From positions 1 through 57,070 of IMG/VR virus record IMGVR_UViG_3300006919_008385: a DNA stretch of 57,070 nt; one strand, 5' to 3'. Within the stretch, counting starts at the first letter, position 1. Every line of letters starts with the position of its first letter. Source of the DNA: a virus. Its lineage: Duplodnaviria; Caudoviricetes. Positions 8,142 to 18,925 of the stretch are shown here, piece after piece. Made by a program: the position numbers and the translations under genes. Under the pieces are notes generated by a model that saw only the letters and a program-made list of their open reading frames with translations, did no database searches and was not told the DNA's origin.

Positions 8142-8681
8142 CTAAGAAAGGTTGTTGACTAACACATCATAGTAATAATCTAAGTAACTTGAGGGCAGTT
8201 CTTTAAATTTAGATCTAGAAAATCTAGTATAAATGCCTTCTATTGTGGTTATCATAATTTTGCAATGGTCTTTTGTAAACCCATAACTGCCAAACTCATT
8301 TTCTATGTTCATGAACAGCAGATTAATTTTATCAGATATTTCTTTTTCGTCTATAGACAAACACTCTCTGTTTAAAAATCTTGCAAACCCTGGATTACTT
8401 TCTACAAATAATACTAAAAAATAATACAGAGTTTTTGCTTTTTCCAAATTGTTTACAGGTTTGTTACGGACTTCATATATTTTGTCTATAATAGTCTGCT
8501 CTATAAACTTAAACAATGCCTGAAATATCTCATTTTTACCTTTGTAATGTTTATAGATAGCAGGCTCTGTAATGTCGCTTTTAACTGCTAACACTTTGGT
8601 TGTAATGTTTGGTAAGTCATCTTCTTGTAATAAGTTTACAAGAGATTCTAGTATCATATGTTTTCTATTAACGGTTGCCAT
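8142..8681 (-). CDS. slmA: nucleoid occlusion factor SlmA homolog (TetR family)
   Basis: Colinear similarity to SlmA: NRxxxILxSL, ITTxxLA, ExAxYxHxxxK, FIE, ExNPG, INxLFxxIE, EGxxxRFxRSxFK. Confidence 0.8.
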   Translation of the reverse strand: MATVNRKHMILESLVNLLQEDDLPNITTKVLAVKSDITEPAIYKHYKGKNEIFQALFKFIEQTIIDKIYEVRNKPVNNLEKAKTLYYFLVLFVESNPGFARFLNRECLSIDEKEISDKINLLFMNIENEFGSYGFTKDHCKIMITTIEGIYTRFSRSKFKELPSSYLDYYYDVLVNNLS

Positions 8682-8696
8682 GATCCTTCAGATTCT

Positions 8697-8704
8697 GATA
8701 AATA
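8697..8704 (+). promoter_or_regulatory. T4-like late promoter motif
   Basis: GATAAATA upstream of structural gene; same motif precedes other structural genes. Confidence 0.6.
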
Positions 8705-8727
8705 AGTATATTGTTTAGGAGTATTTA

Positions 8728-11700
8728 GTGGCACAAGTCAAGAATTACGGATTAATTGGTGTAGGAAATAACCTTCAGTTAGGCAAAAACGGGCCTAAAT
8801 TATTAGGTAATGCAACTACAGATACTGTTCAAGTCACTAATGAGGGTGGCATATCTTTATCTGAAATCCAAGCCGCAAATGCCACAACATCATCTGCATT
8901 AGTCACAAAGGCACAATTAGATGAAGTAAGTTCAAGTGCCGCCTCAGATGGTTTTAGTTTAACACTAGGTAACATAGATGCTAGTGGAGACGGCGATTGG
9001 CATATTACTCCAAACCAAGGAGACTACGAAGGTAATACATCAGTAACCAGACAAGGTGCTGTTACTAGTTTATCAAATACAGAAAAAGTATCAGAAGCGA
9101 TTGACAAAATTAACGAAGCAGTATTAAATGTATATAATGATACTTTTGTTAGAGATGTAGACTTTACTGTTGATAATAGTACAGGTGGTAGTCCACTTGT
9201 AAGTACACTGACAATTAGTGCTACAGGTAATGCTAACAGATATACAATTGATTGGGGAGATGGCACCTCAACAACTGCAACAAGCGATAGTACTCCTACT
9301 CATACATATACTGATAATACTAACTCTCCTTTTGATGTAGTAGTTACAGCATTTAATAATTTAGGTGCAGGAGAAGGCAGTACAACAAGTTTAACAAAGA
9401 ACAATTTTATTACATTATACACAGCAGACCCAGTTGCTGACTTTAAATTTTATGCGGCATCAAGTGGTGGTAGTAATGTAAGTATAGTTGATGACGGTAC
9501 AGCATTGTACTTTGACAATGACACTACAAATATTGGTAGTGCAGACGCCACATACAGAATTGAGTGGGGCGATGGAAGTGCTAATGCTAATATATCAGCA
9601 GATACAGATGCTGGTGGTACACAAGGAACCAGATTAGCTCATACATTTACAACATCAACGGAAACAGATCAATTAAGAACAGTAAAATTAACACTTTTAA
9701 CTCATACTACAGCAGATCCTAGCACAGTTCCTAACAATACATCTGCAATAGTTAAAGTTTACGATACTCATACACCAGATATATCAGCAAACACCACTAA
9801 CGTAATTAATGAACAAGGAACAAGTGGTGGCGTTGTTCAGTTTACTAATAATACTGAAGCAACAATAGGAAGTTATGCTGATTTTGGAATAATTTACAGA
9901 TATAATTGGGGAGACGGCACAAGTTCAGATGTAAACGTAGGTGCTGGAGGCTCAGGTGATACAGGCGGAACAATTAATCACACTTATGAATTAAGTGGAG
10001 CAGAGCAAAGCAGTGGTGCTAATGCAGACTATACTGGTAACTTACAGGTTATCTCAAGTCATACAGGCTCACCATTTACAAGTACAGACTTTACAATTCA
10101 TGTTGAACCAGACGTTAGAGCAAGTATCACAGGCTCAACAACTACTCCTGGATTAACATCATCAAACGATAACAATTTAACACTTTATAATGGCACAGAC
10201 CTTAGTGGTACTGACAGAGCAGAAGTTACAATAGATAACAACTCTGTAAATGGAACGGTTTACTCTTATGATTGGGGAGATAGTACTAGTAATGCTAACA
10301 TAACATCAGGTGCTGGTGATTTATCATCAAACATTACCCATTCATATAATGGACAAAGTGCTGGAAACTATACAACAACTATAACAGTTACAGGTACTCC
10401 AGATATCACAGCACAAAGTGATACAGATACTGTAGTATTTTCATTAGAAAATGTACCAGCCGCACCTGCTAGTGTGTCTAGCAAAAGTTTAACACTTAGT
10501 ACAAGTGCTCAAGACACTAGTAAATTGGCTAGTGGTGCCGAAGATGCCACAGGTGGTTCACTTGCGGCAGGTAGCAGTTTAAATAGTACAACTGCTAGAA
10601 GATATGATACAACAACAAGTGTTAATACAAATACAATAAGTGATGCTTATAGAAGTGATAGTGGAACAGCAAGTGCTCTTATAGATGGCGTTGCAGATGG
10701 TACCAAAGCATTTACTACTTCAACTGGAGAGACAGGAACATTTACTTCTTTAGTTATTACCAATGAGGGTGATGCTTACAATGAGATTAGTTCAACAACA
10801 TATCCTCAAAACTTCTATCAGGTATTCACAGGAAGAATTACAAAAGATATTAGTAGTATAAACTCAGGTGTTCACAGTATGGCTATTAGTCATGACAGCA
10901 CAGGTACTACTAATAATGTTTATATAGTCAAAGACAATGTTACAGGTGTTCCAACAGTTAATATTGGTAGTGCTACACTAGAAGAAGAAACACAAGGAAC
11001 ATATAGATATGTTTCTGGTGTACCATATTATAACAGTGGCTCACCACAAGTTAAACTAGTAAGTGCCACAGTTGATAACCTAACAGGACAAGCATACTTA
11101 GATAGTAGCAGTATATTTGATATTGCTAGTGGTATTAATGCTGAAGGTACAAGTAGTTCAGCAGTACAACAAGAAAGCAGAACTTATGCTCAAATAGATG
11201 GAGCAAGTAGTTTATTATCAAGTGGTACACCTATTGCTAATGTTGGTGTAGCAAGTAGTTATGCTTTAGGCAATGTTATATGTGACATTACAAGCAGTTC
11301 AGTAGCAACTGTAGAAGGTATTAAGTTTAGAGCTCAAAATGTAAACGGTTACAGTAGTTATACAGCAGATCATGGCACTAAATTACAAGTTTGGTCAGCA
11401 ACACCAAGTTTTGATGAGACAAGCATAAGTGTTAGTGCTAGTTTAGGTGCTGGTTTTGATGACGGTGGAGTTAGAATTACAGGACATGGTAGTAGTTCAG
11501 ATACTCCTGCTTTTGATAATGCCGTTAATAACTATACAGCAAATGCTTGGAGTGGTGCTGAAACAGTAGCAAGTACCTCAGAAGCAATAAACAGATTCAA
11601 TACTGTACAACATTTTGATACAGATTTAAGTTCAGGTTATTTACCCGCAGGTCCAGACTTGAACACAGGCAGAAGTGGAGCTCAATACTTCACTTTTGCT

Positions 11701-12060
11701 TTCCGTAGAACCACAATGAGTAACTTTACTGTAACACTTACAGGTACAGTTAGTGGGTTCTTTATAGCCGCACCAGGCACAGATATAGATAATGCTTCAG
11801 GCTTAAATGGCTGGTTAGATGCTGGTACTACATACGCAGGTAGTGGTACTCCAGGATCTGATACAGGCAATGGTGGTAATGGCTCAAATGGTTGTGCTTT
11901 TACATCTGGTGACAGAATACTAGATGGTACAGCATACTCAGGAGATACATTTACACTAACATTAGGTGATCAAAATGCCACAGATGCTACAGGCAACAAC
12001 ATATTGGTTAGAATTAAACTAGAAGACGGAGACTCTTTTACTGGATTGAGTATAAGTTAA
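8728..12060 (+). CDS. large PKD-domain virion structural/fibre protein
   Basis: 1110 aa Ser/Thr/Gly-rich; four WGD(G/S) PKD repeats; GTG start with AGGAG RBS. Confidence 0.75.
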   Translation: MAQVKNYGLIGVGNNLQLGKNGPKLLGNATTDTVQVTNEGGISLSEIQAANATTSSALVTKAQLDEVSSSAASDGFSLTLGNIDASGDGDWHITPNQGDYEGNTSVTRQGAVTSLSNTEKVSEAIDKINEAVLNVYNDTFVRDVDFTVDNSTGGSPLVSTLTISATGNANRYTIDWGDGTSTTATSDSTPTHTYTDNTNSPFDVVVTAFNNLGAGEGSTTSLTKNNFITLYTADPVADFKFYAASSGGSNVSIVDDGTALYFDNDTTNIGSADATYRIEWGDGSANANISADTDAGGTQGTRLAHTFTTSTETDQLRTVKLTLLTHTTADPSTVPNNTSAIVKVYDTHTPDISANTTNVINEQGTSGGVVQFTNNTEATIGSYADFGIIYRYNWGDGTSSDVNVGAGGSGDTGGTINHTYELSGAEQSSGANADYTGNLQVISSHTGSPFTSTDFTIHVEPDVRASITGSTTTPGLTSSNDNNLTLYNGTDLSGTDRAEVTIDNNSVNGTVYSYDWGDSTSNANITSGAGDLSSNITHSYNGQSAGNYTTTITVTGTPDITAQSDTDTVVFSLENVPAAPASVSSKSLTLSTSAQDTSKLASGAEDATGGSLAAGSSLNSTTARRYDTTTSVNTNTISDAYRSDSGTASALIDGVADGTKAFTTSTGETGTFTSLVITNEGDAYNEISSTTYPQNFYQVFTGRITKDISSINSGVHSMAISHDSTGTTNNVYIVKDNVTGVPTVNIGSATLEEETQGTYRYVSGVPYYNSGSPQVKLVSATVDNLTGQAYLDSSSIFDIASGINAEGTSSSAVQQESRTYAQIDGASSLLSSGTPIANVGVASSYALGNVICDITSSSVATVEGIKFRAQNVNGYSSYTADHGTKLQVWSATPSFDETSISVSASLGAGFDDGGVRITGHGSSSDTPAFDNAVNNYTANAWSGAETVASTSEAINRFNTVQHFDTDLSSGYLPAGPDLNTGRSGAQYFTFAFRRTTMSNFTVTLTGTVSGFFIAAPGTDIDNASGLNGWLDAGTTYAGSGTPGSDTGNGGNGSNGCAFTSGDRILDGTAYSGDTFTLTLGDQNATDATGNNILVRIKLEDGDSFTGLSIS

Positions 12061-13133
12061 TGGCAATATCAGATAGTCAAAAGGTAGATTTACTTTGGAA
12101 AAAGGTCGGCTTCGGCAAAATGAAGACTGACACCAATGCCAATAAGAAAGCACCTAACGAAGCCACAGTCTCAGATCCTATCATTAAAACTTCTAGTATT
12201 TGGTCACAATCAGGTAGTATTCCAGGCACAATACCTTCAGCAAATAGCAGTATAGTAAATGTATATTCAGATGCTATAAGTGGTAGTTTAGAAACTACAG
12301 AAGATGGTACATCATCAGATAACAGAACATGGAAAACAGGTTCCACAAACTGGGTGCCGCCTAGTTTTGGTTCCACATATCAGTTAAAAGTTTATGCTGG
12401 TGCTACAGGTTTAAGTAATGTACAATCAAGTGGTACACAATTATTTGAAACAGGCTCCGGTAATGACGACCAATGGTACTTTGACTATCAATCTGGTGTG
12501 CTACATTTTATTGGTACAAACTTACCTACAGATATTGGTACAGGAACCAGTAATGTAATTTATGTAAGTGGTGCTAGATATGTAGGCAGTACAGGTATTA
12601 GTGCGGCGGCAAGTGGTGCTAGTGCTACAGTATTTAAAGCAGATTTAAGTGCTCTTTATTCTGACAGTACAATTAATGCTGGTGATATTATTGTTGTAAC
12701 AGACAATGGTGATGGTGAATATGCTGTTTATGTTTCTAATCAAGATGCTCCTACACAGGCAAGTCATTTAACAACACTCACAACTAGAGATAGTGCCACA
12801 GTAGATGCTGGTACACTAAAAACAGATGTTATACACACTAGTGGTAATGTAACATTAGGTAACGTAAGTAATGGTAGTAAAGTTGTTGAAGTTACAATTA
12901 CTGTTAATACAGTATTTGATAGTGCTAGTGCTGGAATAACTGTAGGTGACGATACTGACACTGACAGACTGTTTAGTAATGATTATGTTGACTTAACATC
13001 ATTAGGCTCTTATGTTGTAAACCCAAATTACATTTACACAGGTACATTAGATAGTGCTAACACTATTAAGACTTATGTAACTCAGGGTACTGCTACGCAA
13101 GGTAATGCAACTGTTACTGTTGTTTATCAGTAA
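12060..13133 (+). CDS. virion structural protein
   Basis: S/T/G-rich, WYFDYQSGVLHF; C-terminal domain shared with 43045 and 43660 proteins; TAATG coupling to previous gene. Confidence 0.7.
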   Translation: MAISDSQKVDLLWKKVGFGKMKTDTNANKKAPNEATVSDPIIKTSSIWSQSGSIPGTIPSANSSIVNVYSDAISGSLETTEDGTSSDNRTWKTGSTNWVPPSFGSTYQLKVYAGATGLSNVQSSGTQLFETGSGNDDQWYFDYQSGVLHFIGTNLPTDIGTGTSNVIYVSGARYVGSTGISAAASGASATVFKADLSALYSDSTINAGDIIVVTDNGDGEYAVYVSNQDAPTQASHLTTLTTRDSATVDAGTLKTDVIHTSGNVTLGNVSNGSKVVEVTITVNTVFDSASAGITVGDDTDTDRLFSNDYVDLTSLGSYVVNPNYIYTGTLDSANTIKTYVTQGTATQGNATVTVVYQ

Positions 13134-13332
13134 ACTTCTTTAATATAATTTCGCTTATTTGACCTATATCCTCTCGTTCTAAATCATATAGATCGCTCAT
13201 ATTATCCACAGCACTCTTTATGCTTACCAAAGAGTCTGACTTTGCTTCTTTAATATGTTTATACACAAAGCCTCCTGGTCTAAACTCAGGTTCAGTCATT
13301 ATTACTTCTGCTAATGCTTGATAGTCTTTCAT
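13114..13332 (-). CDS. hypothetical protein
   Basis: ATGA overlap with guaC stop; plausible composition. Confidence 0.55.
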   Translation of the reverse strand: MKDYQALAEVIMTEPEFRPGGFVYKHIKEAKSDSLVSIKSAVDNMSDLYDLEREDIGQISEIILKKFTDKQQ

Positions 13333-14381
13333 GTTTCGTATTTGTCAAACACATGATTAATTACATTGTTTACTCTAACAAAGTGAGCACACTTGGGCAT
13401 ATCTTTGATGCGTGTAGCACCAATATAAGTACATGTACTTCTTACTCCACCTAATATTTGCTCTACAGTATCTTTTACAGGTCCTTTGTCATAAAGTATT
13501 ACTGTTTTACCTTCTGTTCCTCTGTATCCATCCTTTCTGGCACCATGTGTATCTAGTGCTGTTTGTGAGCTCATACCGTAAAATGTTCTTCTACCCATGT
13601 CATCTAACTCTGCTTCGCTTTCCTGATGTCCTGCTAACATGCCTCCTAGCATAACAAAATGAGCGCCACCACCTAATGCTTTGGCTACATCGCCTGGTTG
13701 GGTACAACCACCATCAGCAATTATATGTCCGCCTACACCATTGGCCGCATCTGCACATTCCACAATGGCACTAAACTGAGGAACTCCAACACCTGTCTGT
13801 GTTCTAGTAGTACATACACTACCTGGACCTATGCCAACTTTTACAATGTCTGCTCCACTAAGTATTAGTTCTTCAGTCATATTAGGTGTAACAACATTAC
13901 CTGCTATAATTATTTTGTCTGGATATTCTGATCTTATTTTTTCTACAAAGTCTAAAAACGATTGATGATACCCATTTGCTACATCGATTGTTATTGCTGG
14001 AATGTCTGGATATGCTGTCATTACTTGTTTAAGTGTAACATAATCCAAACTGTTTTCGTCCCACAAGGCTCCTGTGCCTACACATGCTGAAATATATTTT
14101 AATTGTAGTCCATTACCTACAGCAGATTTCCATTCGTCAATACTGTAATGTTTTCTGATCACAGTCATCATTTTAAATTCCTGTAATGCTTTTGCCATAC
14201 TAAATGTACCTACACCGTCCATGTTACTAGCCATTATAGGAACATAACTCAATGTTTTACCACAGTTTTTAAAATGAAATTCTCTCAATATTTGTACTTC
14301 CTTTCTAGAACTTAAAGTAGATCTTTTGGGTTGAAGTAGTACATCAGAATAATCTAAATGAATATTATAATCAATTCTCAT
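13329..14381 (-). CDS. guaC: GMP reductase
   Basis: [58 protein letters not shown]. Confidence 0.95.
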   Translation of the reverse strand: MRIDYNIHLDYSDVLLQPKRSTLSSRKEVQILREFHFKNCGKTLSYVPIMASNMDGVGTFSMAKALQEFKMMTVIRKHYSIDEWKSAVGNGLQLKYISACVGTGALWDENSLDYVTLKQVMTAYPDIPAITIDVANGYHQSFLDFVEKIRSEYPDKIIIAGNVVTPNMTEELILSGADIVKVGIGPGSVCTTRTQTGVGVPQFSAIVECADAANGVGGHIIADGGCTQPGDVAKALGGGAHFVMLGGMLAGHQESEAELDDMGRRTFYGMSSQTALDTHGARKDGYRGTEGKTVILYDKGPVKDTVEQILGGVRSTCTYIGATRIKDMPKCAHFVRVNNVINHVFDKYET

Positions 14382-14390
14382 AATAGTTTC

Positions 14391-15029
14391 CTATTGTATG
14401 TGTGTAAATCCGTGTTCTTCTTTGAGTATATTATAAAACAAGGGCTCACCCTTTGCTACGTTCTCATGCCAATCACTTGATGCATTTTCGTCTGCCTTAT
14501 CTGATACAAATTTATAACAAATAAAGTCTTTACCCATCATAGCACAAACTTTTGCTAAAGCATAAGCCTCCATGTCTACAATGTTAAAAAGGTTATCGAT
14601 TACTAGATGTTGAAATATTTCCAATGCTTCAAAATTTTCTACAAACTGGTCTTGTGTTCTACAAATTACTCCATCTGTTCCAAAGTTTAATACACTTCCT
14701 ATGGCTTCATCATCACCAAATGTAATACCAGGGCCTTTTGCTAATTTGTTACCACAGTTCATATCTCCTTGTATAAACGTGGTTGCTTTAACTAGGGTGC
14801 CAGGCTCAACATTGTATGCTCCACCACATGTTCCATAATTTATAACTCTTTTAATTTCAGGATGTGCTGATAGATATCTGGTTAAAACATGGGTAGCATT
14901 TATTTTACCTACTCCTGTAAACAATATTTTTTCTGGTAATGCTTCTGGTAACTCACCTGCTAATGCTGTAACAACTAATGTGTCTTCTGTGGGTGCTCTT
15001 AAATGAGTAAAAAGAGGTGGTTGTATCAT
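14391..15029 (-). CDS. MTA/SAH nucleosidase-like (PNP_UDP_1 family)
   Basis: TGVGKINA, INYGTCG, VDMEAYALA, KFVSDKAD. Confidence 0.85.
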   Translation of the reverse strand: MIQPPLFTHLRAPTEDTLVVTALAGELPEALPEKILFTGVGKINATHVLTRYLSAHPEIKRVINYGTCGGAYNVEPGTLVKATTFIQGDMNCGNKLAKGPGITFGDDEAIGSVLNFGTDGVICRTQDQFVENFEALEIFQHLVIDNLFNIVDMEAYALAKVCAMMGKDFICYKFVSDKADENASSDWHENVAKGEPLFYNILKEEHGFTHIQ

Positions 15030-16204
15030 ATACTATTATACCTTTCTATATTTGTGTTCATGTCTTCTCTAAGTTTTTGCCAAAGTTTACTTGACCTATT
15101 ATTTAACAAATATTGATTTGATCTAGTCTTTTGTCTGGTGACAGAATTAAACGGATTTATTTTCTTATTTAAGTCTAAATCAAAATGTGTAAGTTGTTCT
15201 GTAATTTGCAGAGCTCTGTCTACAGGACTATCCAAATCATCAAAACTATAATCAAATAATTCGTCATGTATTTCAAATCCATACTCTGTCAGATATTTGT
15301 AGTAATCTTTCTCTCCAAAAACAATTAGTGGATGTCCATTAAGTAATGGATACAGACTCTTTTCAGTTACATAAGGACCTGCTTGTATTTCTGTACCTGA
15401 AAAACTTTCACATACCAAACTTAAAACTGATTGATCAAATATAATTTTAGGCCATACTCTGAAAGTCTGATCAAACCTTCTGTTGCCAGGCTGTAAAAAT
15501 ACTTCTTCATAAGGTAGTTCATTATTATCGAACCATGTCAAAGCATGTTGTTTAAATTTTTCATTGTTTGAATGATCTATTAATTTTTGTATTTGTTCAA
15601 TTTTATCTTCAGGGTTTTCATGTCTAAATGTAATTAAATTATCTTCTAAATTGTAATACTTTAATGCCGTTCTTAATATATGCTTGTCTGGTCTCCAGTT
15701 AAACATTAAACAATTAAACAAATATACATGCTCTTTATAATCTATGTCAGGATATTTTATTACTATATTTTGTTCTGTATTAGATATAGATGTAAAGTAA
15801 TACTGAAATGGAATATATCTGTCGTGATAAATGTTTGCATTTGTTAAAGGATAGTGACAATCAGATAACATTATGTTAGGATACAAACCTAAAAATTTGT
15901 CTATTGTATCCTTTTGCCAAGGCTCTTGTGTGCTTAAAATAATTGCCTTTTTGTAAGTGTTGGCAACTTTGTCTATCACTTGCTCAAACTCTGGAGTTCT
16001 GTGATGTAAACTTCCAACGTCTGCTATAACAATACTGTCATCTGGATTATCTGACCACTCATACTCTATACCCAAACTGTTTAACACTTTATAAAAACTA
16101 CTGTCCTGTGGATTATTTGGTAAGTCATTCCAGACGTCAACACTATCTTGTTCTCTACTTACTATATTTTTGTAAGGTTCAGTGTTATAATAAAGTTTTA
16201 TCAT
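15026..16204 (-). CDS. glycosyltransferase-like protein
   Basis: C-terminal VCES...YVTEKSLYPLLNGHP...GF...FDYSFD block typical of GT10-like phage proteins. Confidence 0.5.
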   Translation of the reverse strand: MIKLYYNTEPYKNIVSREQDSVDVWNDLPNNPQDSSFYKVLNSLGIEYEWSDNPDDSIVIADVGSLHHRTPEFEQVIDKVANTYKKAIILSTQEPWQKDTIDKFLGLYPNIMLSDCHYPLTNANIYHDRYIPFQYYFTSISNTEQNIVIKYPDIDYKEHVYLFNCLMFNWRPDKHILRTALKYYNLEDNLITFRHENPEDKIEQIQKLIDHSNNEKFKQHALTWFDNNELPYEEVFLQPGNRRFDQTFRVWPKIIFDQSVLSLVCESFSGTEIQAGPYVTEKSLYPLLNGHPLIVFGEKDYYKYLTEYGFEIHDELFDYSFDDLDSPVDRALQITEQLTHFDLDLNKKINPFNSVTRQKTRSNQYLLNNRSSKLWQKLREDMNTNIERYNSI

Positions 16205-17291
16205 TGTCGTCTGTGAGTATTGTACCTAATATTTTAGGTGTACTGTTTATAACTTGTTCTATAAAATCGTTAGGTGTATCTATGTTATGACTTATACACT
16301 CTCCTAATATGTGTCTGCCTGGAGTGTATTGTGGGTCATCTAAATCTATATAATTACCCACGTTGTTGTCCTCAATCCATTTGTTGTATTTGTCTGTTAA
16401 ATTGTTTTGATGATGTATGTCGCCTATATGGTGTAACCAACCAAATGCTACCCAAGGATGCCTGTATGTTTGTTGAGATAATTTACCTTTTTGTACTAAC
16501 TCTATATCATCTGTCCAGGCACAACTCCATAAGTCTTTACCCACAGTACCAAAGTCTAATTCTAACCATCCCTTTGGTTTTATATATGTAAAGTCAGCAT
16601 AGTCTTCTGGCTCCATTTTTATATCATATATTGTATCGTTATCTAAGCCTGGTTGGTAATTTACTTTTAGTGATGTAAAGTATTTAGGAAATGCCTCTGC
16701 TAAAAGTTGTCTGCAATGGTCATTATCAACTCCAACATATTGTGTTAATACTTCATTGTAATGAACCATCATGTTTATTGTTTGGAAGTTATTGTACCAA
16801 GTATCAAAATCTACATCACCTGGCAACTCTTGTGTTTTATTCTTTTCTATTAATATAGGTAAGTTATCCTCAAATAAATCGTGCAATGTATTTAAGGCTT
16901 TTATTTTTGCATTATTAATATTGATAGGGTCTAGTCTTAAATCATCTGATATGTTAAACCAACCCCATTCAACATTATTAAATTCGTCTATAATATCGTT
17001 CATTACTTGTCTTGATTTTAATATGGGTTCCTCTAAAGGATTGCTATAAACATCATACGCATAATTGAATGAATTATTTTGGTTATCTATAAAATGATTT
17101 AGTGTGTTTATATGACTTGTAGTAAACTTTTTTGTTAATGGTAAATCGTTTAGTTGCCAAGTCACAACCTGAGTGCCAGGTTGGTTAAGCATAAACTCAC
17201 TGTCTAATAAATGTATGGGTGTAGGTACTTCTGTAAAATTTGTAGTGTAGTAAGTTACATCACCAGGTTGATAAATTACATGATACTTCAT
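16185..17291 (-). CDS. hypothetical protein
   Basis: 368-aa ORF in operon context. Confidence 0.7.
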   Translation of the reverse strand: MKYHVIYQPGDVTYYTTNFTEVPTPIHLLDSEFMLNQPGTQVVTWQLNDLPLTKKFTTSHINTLNHFIDNQNNSFNYAYDVYSNPLEEPILKSRQVMNDIIDEFNNVEWGWFNISDDLRLDPININNAKIKALNTLHDLFEDNLPILIEKNKTQELPGDVDFDTWYNNFQTINMMVHYNEVLTQYVGVDNDHCRQLLAEAFPKYFTSLKVNYQPGLDNDTIYDIKMEPEDYADFTYIKPKGWLELDFGTVGKDLWSCAWTDDIELVQKGKLSQQTYRHPWVAFGWLHHIGDIHHQNNLTDKYNKWIEDNNVGNYIDLDDPQYTPGRHILGECISHNIDTPNDFIEQVINSTPKILGTILTDDNDKTLL

Positions 17292-18418
17292 ACATATCCT
17301 AAAGTCTCATTAGGTGGTGTATTTTCATTTACAAATTTAAATATATGTTGAATGTGTTCTATGTCTTTTTCTTCTCTTACACTACATAACTCATTTGCAA
17401 AATGTATCTCAACATTATTTTCAACTGCAAGTTTTAAAAGGTAATGCCTTCTGAAAGGATCGTCTGGTAGTCCGTATATGCTACACATTACAATTCCATC
17501 TACATTATAGCCTGTAATAAATTTCTCTAAACCAGGAAGCCAATCAACATATTCATTTTCAAATTGATAATCATTTATCACTATGCCATGCTTTTTACAA
17601 TACTGGTTAATTATAGAACGTTGCATAGGTAAAGGTATAGGACTACTGAATTTTGTATTCCAGCCACCATAACTAACCCATTTTTTATCAGGGTCTATAG
17701 CTCTTACATCATCTTTCTCGCCTAAGAATCTAAAATATCCTCCAGGAAGTTTTCTATGATAATGTCCACCTTTAGGTAATATCCTGCCGTCCATACTCCA
17801 ACGTGTTATGTCAGTATCGTTGTTAAAATTACCGTGTATATGATGCTGTTGGAACAAGTGAGCCTGACCTGGTTTTAATGTTACAGGCCAACAATGTTTA
17901 CTACATTCTTCTTGAAGTTTATCATAACTCCATTTTTCTTCATAACATTTTTTTGTAATCTCATCTGATATATCCCAACCCATTATTTGCATACTGTTAT
18001 TGCCATAACATTCTGTAAAAGGTGTCCAAATAGTTCTTAATCCTAATCCATTACCAACCCAAATGCCTTGATGATATTGTAATAGCCTGCCAACTTTTGC
18101 TTGGTTAGGAATAACCATTCTGATTGTAAAGAATCTCTGTAACATCCACTCATCATCATATAATAATTGTGGTGCTATATCTTGATAATATGCATCTACT
18201 CTTTCTATAAAATCTGCATCTCCTGTTCTTTGTTGTAAATAGGCACCTAATTGGCTAACTTCTTTTACATCTAAAGTTTTGTGAACTGTTTCTAAAGTTT
18301 CAACTTGGGGGAATTTTTCTTTTGCTACTGCTAACCAATACTCTGGCCAATTGTGTTTTTCTAGGTTATATTCTAAAGTTTGATTATCCCATCTAGGGTC
18401 CAGATCTTGTAGGCTCAT
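17288..18418 (-). CDS. 2OG-Fe(II)/StrG-like oxygenase fused to a LIC12192-like 'sporadic carbohydrate cluster' domain
   Basis: N-half: YHQG, WTPFT, HGNFNNDTDITRWSMDGR; C-half: P.PMQRSIINQYC...GIVMCSIYGLP...HFANE. Confidence 0.65.
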   Translation of the reverse strand: MSLQDLDPRWDNQTLEYNLEKHNWPEYWLAVAKEKFPQVETLETVHKTLDVKEVSQLGAYLQQRTGDADFIERVDAYYQDIAPQLLYDDEWMLQRFFTIRMVIPNQAKVGRLLQYHQGIWVGNGLGLRTIWTPFTECYGNNSMQIMGWDISDEITKKCYEEKWSYDKLQEECSKHCWPVTLKPGQAHLFQQHHIHGNFNNDTDITRWSMDGRILPKGGHYHRKLPGGYFRFLGEKDDVRAIDPDKKWVSYGGWNTKFSSPIPLPMQRSIINQYCKKHGIVINDYQFENEYVDWLPGLEKFITGYNVDGIVMCSIYGLPDDPFRRHYLLKLAVENNVEIHFANELCSVREEKDIEHIQHIFKFVNENTPPNETLGYV

Positions 18419-18439
18419 ATTCTATATTTCCAAAATAAG

Positions 18440-18458
18440 TATTTATAGTCTATAAATA
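18440..18458. promoter_or_regulatory. back-to-back divergent late promoters
   Basis: TATTTATA-GTC-TATAAATA between divergent genes. Confidence 0.6.
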
Positions 18459-18463
18459 TCAGT

Positions 18464-18925
18464 ATGAAAATAATTCGGCTATCATTTGAACAAATATCTG
18501 ACGTCTGGAAAGAACATTTATGGCCTAACAGAGTAAGTCCTATTGAAACTCATAGTGCTATGACATGGCCTTACCAAGGTAATCCAGAAGAATATGATAT
18601 GAATATTTTTAATTATCCTGCATTATTTTTTGGTGTGATAAGTGATTATAAAATAATAGGAGTCAATTCAGGACATCGTACTACAGATCAGCAATACAGA
18701 AGTAGAGGTATATGGGTGAACCCAGACCACAGACGCAAAGGTATTAGTCAAATGTTATTTGAAGCAACAAAAGATCAGGCTATTAGTGAAGGATGTAAAA
18801 TGATTTGGAGTATTCCAAGAAAAACCGCCCTGCCAGCCTATACCAAATTTGGTTTTGAGACTGTGGGCGATTATATTAAAACTGAAACTTCAGACGCAAA
18901 TATTTATGTTAAATTAACTTTTTAA
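18464..18925 (+). CDS. GNAT family acetyltransferase
   Basis: RGIWVNPDHRRKGIS acetyl-CoA motif, AYTKFGF. Confidence 0.85.
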   Translation: MKIIRLSFEQISDVWKEHLWPNRVSPIETHSAMTWPYQGNPEEYDMNIFNYPALFFGVISDYKIIGVNSGHRTTDQQYRSRGIWVNPDHRRKGISQMLFEATKDQAISEGCKMIWSIPRKTALPAYTKFGFETVGDYIKTETSDANIYVKLTF

